The notes under the pieces: generated by a model
What the model was told of the DNA's origin: nothing
What the model saw: the letters and a program-made list of their open reading frames with translations, nothing else
Databases searched by the model: none
Part shown: positions 57,293-64,000 of the stretch, piece by piece
Position numbering within the stretch: position 1 is the first letter of the stretch
Layout: the number at the start of each line of letters is the position of its first letter
Source: Treponema sp.
Lineage (GTDB): Bacteria; Spirochaetota; Spirochaetia; Treponematales; Treponemataceae
Reading direction: 5' to 3'
Assembly: GCA_016290995.1 (NCBI GenBank)
Contig: JAEEVR010000001.1
Coordinates: 100,282 to 164,281 of the forward strand
DNA: 64,000 bases
Program-made: the position numbers and the translations under genes

Positions 57293-59470
57293 CTATTTTA
57301 TGTCGGAGACGGAGAAAATTATCGCGGCAAGAGCGACGACTTTTGTCACCGGGTTTACGGACACCCGCCTGATAAAAATGTGCGCGTTGCTTCCGTCGCT
57401 CAACTCTTGGTCAACGATGACAGGCTCGGAGCTTTCGCTGCACTTTCGGATCACTTCAAAGAAGAGCGCGTTTCGCCTGCGGTTTGTTTCGTTGATGTAA
57501 ATAGTCTTTCCGATCGCGCTGCCTTCGGACGCCATGCGCCTAAAATTCTTTTTGACAAATTCCTTGTAGGACTTGTTGCCGCGAACGATTTTGATTTCGC
57601 TTTTTGTCGCTTCAAATATGACCATCGGAGGCGTGTTGAAAACGTTCTTGTAGATTTGGTCGCCTGAGTTTGTTATGGACGAAATGTTGTAAAGGTTTAT
57701 GCTTCCGATTTTAGCGTAGTATTCGGATTCGTCCGGATTTTCAAAGCCGATTTGAACGCCTTTTTTGTAGCGCTCGAATATTTCCTCCAAGGGAATCGGC
57801 TTGCAGTAATAGTAGCCTTGCAGCTTTACGCAGCCGATCTCTTTTAGGAACTCGACTTGCTCCTCGGTCTCTACGCCCTCGCAAACTGTTTCCAAGCCAA
57901 GCTCTGCGGCGATTTTTATCAGGCCGCTCAGCATGATCTTGCACTTTTCGCTCCGCTCAAACTCGCGCATGAACTTCATGTCGAATTTTATCAAGTCAAA
58001 GGGAACGTCGTGCAAGACTTCAAGCGAAGAGTATCCTGAGCCAAAGTCGTCAAGCCAAACTTTAAAGCCCAAATCCTTAAAGCGCTTGATTTGGCTTTTC
58101 ATGTAGTCAAAGTCGCCGCCCAAAATGCTTTCGGTTATTTCTATCGTTATTTTGTCCAGCGGAATCGACGACTTTTGGACGCGCTGGTAAATTTCCTGCA
58201 CGATGTCGCAAGAGTCAAAGTCCGAGCGCGAAAGGTTCACAGAAACCGGAGCCAAGTATAGGCCGGCGTTTTTTTGCTCTTCCAGTTTTTTTAGAATCCC
58301 TTCCAGCATGAACAAGTCAAGCTTGTAGATTAGGCCGGAGTCTTCCAAAACCGGAATGAAGTCAACCGGGCTTAAAAAGCCTTTTTGCGGGTCAATCCAG
58401 CGGGCCAGCGCCTCTTCGTCGCAAACCTTGCCGTTGGCGGCTCGGATGATCGGCTGGTAGTAAACCTTTATCCATTTTTCGGCGATGGCGCGGTCGATGT
58501 TTTCCACAATGTATTGGCGCTTTTCGGCCTCGACCAGCATCGATTTTTCAAACCAAGTGAAGTTTGAGACAAAGGCGCCCTTGCCAGAGTCGCAAGCCAT
58601 TTTGGCTCGGTCGCAGGCAAAGCTGGCTCCGCAAACCTCTACGTCTTTGGAATAAATGCCCGCCCGCACCGGAAGCGACCTTCCGCCGTTGATTTGCTCG
58701 CAGTCGGAAAAAAATTGCCAAAGGCGCTTTTCCAAGTCCTTGTCGTTGGTGTAGACGCAAAAGCGGTCCATGCCAAAGCGGCTGCAGCAATCGTTTGAAA
58801 AAGTTTGCGCCAAAAGGCGGGCAAAGGCGTGAATCAGCTTGTCGCCTTCCGCGTATCCGTACTTGGCGTTAAAGCGCCTCATTCCGTTCATGTCAAAAAA
58901 GAGCATGATTGGCGTTTCGCCGGCTTCCAAGCTTTTTGGATAAAAAATTGTGTCGCACATGTAAAAAAAGTGGCTGATTGTCGGAAAGCCCGTAAGGTAG
59001 TCGTATTGCAAAAGGCGTTCCTGCGTGTTGGCCCTTAAAAGGTTGGAGTAGGCCGCCGCCAAAAAGTCTCCCTTTTGCTCGCCTTCCTCCTGGTATTCGC
59101 CTTCGTCGGAAAACCAAACCACCGCCAGCCTTGCGTCGCCCTTTTGAACGTGCAGTCCGCGGGCGTGGAGAATTTTGTACCTGCCGCCGATTCTTGTGCG
59201 GTAGACGATGTTGTAGGGCTGGTCGTTTGAGGCAAATAGGTGAGACGCGTTTTCCAGCATCGCAAGGTCGTCGGGGTGGCAGCCGTAGTACAAGTCCTTG
59301 CTTATGATTTTTATCGCGGCTTCTCGGTCTGGAATTTCAAAAAGGTCCAAAAAGCCGTCCGAAATGGCCAAGGTGACGATTCGCTTGTCTATGTACTGGT
59401 ATATGGCCAAAGGAACGCAAGCGCGCTCTAAAAGGGAAAGTTCCTCTTTGTCATATTGGTACTTTTTCAT
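57293..59470 (-). CDS. PAS-GGDEF(degenerate)-EAL c-di-GMP phosphodiesterase
   Basis: GGDEF replaced by GMDRF; YQP, EALARW, EITES, DDFGSGYSSL, IKFD, EGVET, QGYY intact; RBS before ATG 59470. Confidence 0.9.
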   Translation of the reverse strand: MKKYQYDKEELSLLERACVPLAIYQYIDKRIVTLAISDGFLDLFEIPDREAAIKIISKDLYYGCHPDDLAMLENASHLFASNDQPYNIVYRTRIGGRYKILHARGLHVQKGDARLAVVWFSDEGEYQEEGEQKGDFLAAAYSNLLRANTQERLLQYDYLTGFPTISHFFYMCDTIFYPKSLEAGETPIMLFFDMNGMRRFNAKYGYAEGDKLIHAFARLLAQTFSNDCCSRFGMDRFCVYTNDKDLEKRLWQFFSDCEQINGGRSLPVRAGIYSKDVEVCGASFACDRAKMACDSGKGAFVSNFTWFEKSMLVEAEKRQYIVENIDRAIAEKWIKVYYQPIIRAANGKVCDEEALARWIDPQKGFLSPVDFIPVLEDSGLIYKLDLFMLEGILKKLEEQKNAGLYLAPVSVNLSRSDFDSCDIVQEIYQRVQKSSIPLDKITIEITESILGGDFDYMKSQIKRFKDLGFKVWLDDFGSGYSSLEVLHDVPFDLIKFDMKFMREFERSEKCKIMLSGLIKIAAELGLETVCEGVETEEQVEFLKEIGCVKLQGYYYCKPIPLEEIFERYKKGVQIGFENPDESEYYAKIGSINLYNISSITNSGDQIYKNVFNTPPMVIFEATKSEIKIVRGNKSYKEFVKKNFRRMASEGSAIGKTIYINETNRRRNALFFEVIRKCSESSEPVIVDQELSDGSNAHIFIRRVSVNPVTKVVALAAIIFSVSDIK

Positions 59471-59601
59471 TCTCTCTCCGAACTTTTTGTCTAGACTTAT
59501 AATTTTACACCCCATTTGGGGATTTGTCAAATTTTCTTGCAATTTTGCCAAAAGCGCGCTAAAATTGAATGAGTCAGAAAAAGGTCCAGAGAGGTGTTTT
59601 T

Positions 59602-59817
59602 ATGGATAAAAAAATGTCAAAGTGCATCGAATTGATGCGGCTTTTGGTCAGCGATATACAGGGCGCGCCCTTTGTCGGCGACGATTTTTCCACCGAATTG
59701 TATTCGATTTGGTATGAGCACGCCCAGCGCGACGCCGTAAACGCCTTTGAATACCTGGACGAAAACTTTACCAACCGCGAAGAAATCATCAAAGCGATTG
59801 ACAGCCTCCTAAAATAG
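59602..59817 (+). CDS. Small hypothetical protein
   Basis: RBS GAGGTG before ATG 59602; 71 aa. Confidence 0.65.
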   Translation: MDKKMSKCIELMRLLVSDIQGAPFVGDDFSTELYSIWYEHAQRDAVNAFEYLDENFTNREEIIKAIDSLLK

Positions 59818-59827
59818 TAAAAAAATC

Positions 59828-59855
59828 TCAACTTTTCCGCCTAAAGCGCCGATAA
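59828..59855 (+). promoter_or_regulatory. Sigma28-like promoter
   Basis: TCAA-N16-GCCGATAA. Confidence 0.5.
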
Positions 59856-59897
59856 TAAAAAAGAAGAATTGGCGAAAAATCGCCCAAAGGTGGAAAA

Positions 59898-61055
59898 ATG
59901 GCCGTTTCAAAAAAGTCGATCAAAAATAACGGTTTTAAATTAAAGGGGTCTCTCAAAAAATGCGGTTTTGACCGCTGGCGCTATTATTTTAACGGAATCA
60001 ATGTGGCGAGCGGAGAGGAACGCCTGTTTTTTATCGAATTGATGTCCGAAAATCCCGGAATCAGCTACGAACATACGGTTTTGCCCGAAAATTCCGAAGA
60101 AAAAAAGCTTGATTCAAGCGACTTGCAGGACGCCCTTGCCGGAAACATCGAGGTAAAGAGCGAGGCAAAGGCAAAAGTCATTCCCAGCTACGCTTGCGTC
60201 AGGGCCGGCGTTTTTGGAAGCAAGCCCAAGCAGCTTAACCGCTTTTTTGCCAACAGCGAAATGGTTTTTGAAAAGCGCGCCTTTGGAATAAAAGCCGGCG
60301 GCTGCGCCTTTAACGACAACGAGCTTTACGGCGTTATCGCGATTACGGAAGTGGAGGCCCGCTCTTTTACGGAGTGGGGAACGTCTGCCGGCCGAATGGA
60401 ATGGAATTTAAAGTACGAGCGCGACTTTGACGCTCCCGAAACTTTTACAAAAGCAGGCGAGCATTGGCTGGCCGGCGGCCTTACGGCGCGATTTTCGGGA
60501 ATGGTGACGCTTGACGGCCAGGAATACGCCGTGTCGCCCGACCATTCTTTTGGATACGTGGAAAAGTCTTGGGGAACCGCGCTTCCGATTCCCTTTATGC
60601 ACTTGTCTTCCAGCCGCCTTACCAGCATCTTTACAGGAAAGGTGATGAAGGATTCCGGCTTTGCGCTGGAAGGAAATTACGACGGCCGCCTTGTCGCTTT
60701 GACAAAATTTGACGGCGAAACATACGACTTTGGCCCGCAGCAAAAAATAAACAAATACACTTGCCAATGGTCTTGCGTCCGCTCCCCGGCAAATGAGGGA
60801 AGCGAAGAGTTGCATTGGTCGGCCAGCGTCAATTGCAAAAAATACATTCTTGACGTTGACGTTTATTGCCCGGCCTCCGAAATGTTGGTAAAAGACTATT
60901 GGCTCCCCGACGGAACCTTGCTAAAGGTTTTGTGCGGCGGAAGCGGAACGGGCGAGATACGCCTTTACAAGCAAATCAAAAAATCGTTAGAATTGATACA
61001 GCACGCTAAAATTCTTGGCGCGTCTTGCGAATACGGAGAAAAGGATGGAGAGTAG
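59898..61055 (+). CDS. Hypothetical protein, tocopherol-cyclase-like beta fold
   Basis: DRWRYYF, MEWNL, FSGMVTLDG..GYVEKSWG pattern. Confidence 0.55.
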   Translation: MAVSKKSIKNNGFKLKGSLKKCGFDRWRYYFNGINVASGEERLFFIELMSENPGISYEHTVLPENSEEKKLDSSDLQDALAGNIEVKSEAKAKVIPSYACVRAGVFGSKPKQLNRFFANSEMVFEKRAFGIKAGGCAFNDNELYGVIAITEVEARSFTEWGTSAGRMEWNLKYERDFDAPETFTKAGEHWLAGGLTARFSGMVTLDGQEYAVSPDHSFGYVEKSWGTALPIPFMHLSSSRLTSIFTGKVMKDSGFALEGNYDGRLVALTKFDGETYDFGPQQKINKYTCQWSCVRSPANEGSEELHWSASVNCKKYILDVDVYCPASEMLVKDYWLPDGTLLKVLCGGSGTGEIRLYKQIKKSLELIQHAKILGASCEYGEKDGE

Positions 61056-61092
61056 GCGAGAGGGTTTATGAGGGGAACGCTAAAATGACTGG

Positions 61093-62928
61093 ATGGCTGA
61101 ACGCTTTTACGCAATAAAATTACTGCTTCTCTTTTACGCGATTCTGCTTGCCGGAACAAGTTTGCGCGCCCAAGCCATAAAATTGTCGGAAGACGCCATT
61201 GACGGATTGGGCCAAGCGCAAGCCTCAAAAATAGCTCCCGAACAAAAAACCGCGACACCCCCCCCTACAAATGACGAGCCTGAACAGCTCGACTACGCTC
61301 CAGAGGGCGACCAAGCCTCTGCCTCTGTTTACGGAACGGCTCCCAGCCTAAAAACACCAAGCCCAGTCCACGGCCTTTGCTGGAGCGCCAACAACGGCTA
61401 TTTTTCGCTTACAGAACAAAACGCGCTTTTTATTCGAGACGGCTTTGACAGCCGCTTGATCCACACAATCGAATACGATGGAGCGGTAAGCCTGCAGTTT
61501 GCCTGGGACATCGTCACCGAAACGGACATGTTCATGGCGCTAAGCTCCGGCGGAAAATTCAGCGTTTGGAATTTTAAGGACCTGCCGAATCAAATCGCAA
61601 TCTCAGGCGAGATAGAGCCGTCATATTCCTACCAATTTGCAAGCGACCGCCGCGTCACCGCCAGCGCCTTTAGCCACAGCGGAAACCACATGGCCGTGGC
61701 TTTTGACGACGGAACGGTAAACCTTTCGATCGTATTGCACTACACGCAAAAATTGTCAGACAGGGATTTAAAAGGCCATTTGGGAAACGTCTTTGCGCTT
61801 GACTTTAGCCGCGACGACAAGTATTTGGCAAGCTCCGGTTTGGACGACAAGGTTTTTGTTTGGGATGCGACCGGCGGAAATAAAATTTGCTACTTGCCTT
61901 TTTACAGCGGAAGCGGAGCGGGAGCCTTGTTTACAAAAGACTCCAGCGGCTTGATTGCTTTGGAGCGGCCCGACTTGATTACCGTAAGGAACTTTGACGG
62001 CAAGCGGCTTTTGTCTATCGTTCCGCACGGAAAAAGCGCCAAGGCGATAAAGCTTACTTCTAGCGGAGACAAGCTTGTGGTCCTTAGCGCAAGGGACAAC
62101 TTGGAATTTTACGACTTGCAAACAGGAAAGTACATTGGCTGGATTCCGCCCTTTAACGAAACTTCTTTGACAAGCTTTGCCTTTAACCGCGACGACAGCG
62201 TTTTGCTTACTGGCCACGCGGACGGTTCGGTTTACAAGCTGCGGATGGAAAAAGTTTTCCTAAAGCCAAACCAAAAGCCGCCGCGCATGCGAGCGATCGG
62301 CCCCGACGAAGTTGTCGTAAAGGGAACGGCATACAAGGACACTGTCGGCCAAGAAGACGAAGAGCCAAAAAAGAACGTCGCGCTTCCGGACAGCCCGCTT
62401 ACAATAAACTTGGGCGTTGCGGGGCGAATGATGCCCAACCCCTACATTGCCGCGGTGGACGTTGACGCAAAGGTCCGATATTTGGTGAATAATTTGTTCT
62501 TTACAGGCGGCGGCGCGTCTTTTGGCTTGGGCTTTCCAAAAAAAGATTTTCCTTACAAATACAGTGTTGGCGGAAGCGACTACAAGCCGCCGTATTTTTT
62601 GTGCGCCACTTTTTACGGCACGGCGGGCCTTATGGTAACGTTTAAGAACAAAAAGGCTCCTTACATTTTCTTTGAGCTGGACCCTTGCTTTAGAATAGAA
62701 AAGCTTTATCAAAGAAGGAACGACTCTTCCGTGTCAACAAAGTGGCACACGGCTTTTGGAGCGGCATTTACAGTCGGAGCCAGCTGGAAGTTCTTTGAAT
62801 TTGGAGCGGGCTTTGACTTTGACACGATTCTTGGCATAAAGCCCAAAGCGATTGTCAGCGGAAAGATACCGATTCCGTTAAAGCACGGCGGCGGCAAAGC
62901 CAAAAAGGCTAAGGGGGCAAAGGCGTGA
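61093..62928 (+). CDS. Exported WD40-repeat protein with C-terminal beta-barrel-like domain
   Basis: GHLGNVFALDFSRDDKYLASSGLDDKVFVWD and further blades; amphipathic strands after residue ~435. Confidence 0.75.
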   Translation: MAERFYAIKLLLLFYAILLAGTSLRAQAIKLSEDAIDGLGQAQASKIAPEQKTATPPPTNDEPEQLDYAPEGDQASASVYGTAPSLKTPSPVHGLCWSANNGYFSLTEQNALFIRDGFDSRLIHTIEYDGAVSLQFAWDIVTETDMFMALSSGGKFSVWNFKDLPNQIAISGEIEPSYSYQFASDRRVTASAFSHSGNHMAVAFDDGTVNLSIVLHYTQKLSDRDLKGHLGNVFALDFSRDDKYLASSGLDDKVFVWDATGGNKICYLPFYSGSGAGALFTKDSSGLIALERPDLITVRNFDGKRLLSIVPHGKSAKAIKLTSSGDKLVVLSARDNLEFYDLQTGKYIGWIPPFNETSLTSFAFNRDDSVLLTGHADGSVYKLRMEKVFLKPNQKPPRMRAIGPDEVVVKGTAYKDTVGQEDEEPKKNVALPDSPLTINLGVAGRMMPNPYIAAVDVDAKVRYLVNNLFFTGGGASFGLGFPKKDFPYKYSVGGSDYKPPYFLCATFYGTAGLMVTFKNKKAPYIFFELDPCFRIEKLYQRRNDSSVSTKWHTAFGAAFTVGASWKFFEFGAGFDFDTILGIKPKAIVSGKIPIPLKHGGGKAKKAKGAKA

Positions 62929-63488
62929 AAAAAACTTTTGTAAAAGCCCTTGTCCGCGCCGCCTTTATCGCCTCCTGCCTTGCCTTTTGCGCTTGCAAGG
63001 ACATATCCGTCATGGTTGACGAATACAACGGCAATTGTTTGCACGAGAGAATTTGGGGGAACGACACCGGCTCAAATTTCAAGTACGATGCGCGGCTTTT
63101 GATACCGGAGGAAAGCTATGAGGTTGAAAAGACCGGACGACAAAAGATTATTCTTAGCTGCGTTGTCCCTTGCAAGTGGTATTTAAAGGTTGACGACGGA
63201 GCGGAAGACGAATATCCGGAAGATCCTGTTGAATATACAGAGTATTTGGAAGAGAAAATGAACGGCATGACGGACGTTCCAGACCCGGCGGATCCGACAT
63301 ACACTTACGCAAGCGTTTATTTTAACACAGGAAGAATACGGACAGAAAATAATCTGTATTACAATACGATAATCGAAATAAAGCCGTCGGAGGCTGTCTT
63401 GGCTCCTGGAAAATACAAGCTTTTTGTAATGGCTTGGATGTTGGATACTCATTACATAGACGTGGCGGAGGTGACGGTAAAGGAATAA
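62925..63488 (+). CDS. Putative lipoprotein
   Basis: Spirochaetal lipobox-like LAFCAC; GTGA overlap with the upstream gene. Confidence 0.65.
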   Translation: MKKTFVKALVRAAFIASCLAFCACKDISVMVDEYNGNCLHERIWGNDTGSNFKYDARLLIPEESYEVEKTGRQKIILSCVVPCKWYLKVDDGAEDEYPEDPVEYTEYLEEKMNGMTDVPDPADPTYTYASVYFNTGRIRTENNLYYNTIIEIKPSEAVLAPGKYKLFVMAWMLDTHYIDVAEVTVKE

Positions 63489-63565
63489 ATTTTGGAGTTG
63501 GGATTGCTTGCAAAAATAGCAGGCAACTAATTATAGCAAATTTTTAGGTTTTTAAAGGAGTGACT

Positions 63566-64000
63566 ATGAAAAACTTAAAATCAATTTTAAAATTGTTTGT
63601 TCTGGCTCTTGCGGCCCTTTTGATCGCAAGCTGCTCGAACTCTTTTGACGTGGCCGAAGGCGCTACAGGCGACTCGGCCCAGGCGGCAGGCCATGTAAGG
63701 GTTGTGCTTGGAAGCGTTGTTTCCAAGACAATCTTGCCTGACGCATGGACAAGCGCAAAGGAAGGCGCTTTGACTTACTACTTGTCGGGAACGGGAACCC
63801 TTAGCGATGCCGGCGGATCTGAAAAGACGCTTGCCTTGACAAAGCTTGATTTTGACAAGATTACCGGCACAGGCCAGGAAATCGAGCTTAGTCCCGGCAC
63901 TTGGAGCCTTACGCTAAGCGCCTACCAGTTGGCTGCGGGCGATGATCCGGCCGCCACAAACATGGTTCTTACGGCCACCAACACAGGCATCGACTTGACT
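63566..64000 (+). CDS. Putative surface lipoprotein, 5' part (runs off window edge)
   Basis: RBS AAGGAG; MKNLKSILKLFVLALAALLIASC lipobox, SKTILP, ELSPGTWSLTLSAY; frame open to the edge. Confidence 0.8.
   Translation, partial: MKNLKSILKLFVLALAALLIASCSNSFDVAEGATGDSAQAAGHVRVVLGSVVSKTILPDAWTSAKEGALTYYLSGTGTLSDAGGSEKTLALTKLDFDKITGTGQEIELSPGTWSLTLSAYQLAAGDDPAATNMVLTATNTGIDLT

Noticed and set aside
1-64000. CRISPR array, rRNA, prophage, integrase or IS transposase
   Set aside because: No regularly spaced repeats or such genes were seen; neither tRNA has an obvious att duplication or adjacent integrase.

Overview
A gene-dense chromosomal window from a Treponema-like spirochaete. The assignment rests on a spirochaete-type standalone EF-G2, a fliG paralog beside an M16C peptidase, uvrA-lptD and ndk-gpsA-ffh. 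Housekeeping content includes asnS (partial), a pssA-psd phospholipid operon, glyA, htrA-uvrB, rpmB, prs, lon, tRNA-Ser(GGA) and tRNA-Arg(CCT). The unusual part is 24.8-46.2 kb, which holds three paralogous outer-membrane beta-barrel (major-surface-protein-like) genes in -/+/- orientation. They share an identical RBS/start block containing a 19-bp palindrome, and one copy is a chimera with its crossover inside the signal-peptide codons. A mirrored three-gene cassette flanks 13.4 kb of housekeeping genes. This layout suggests a promoter-swapping or inversion-based antigenic-variation locus. Embedded in it is an unannotated type I toxin-antitoxin-like module: a 29-aa hydrophobic peptide with a hairpin-occluded RBS and a convergent sRNA that mimics the toxin leader. 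A second copy retains only the sRNA. An Rpn nuclease with a probable internal antitoxin start lies next to one surface-protein promoter. All functional calls were made by eye from motifs; no searches were run.
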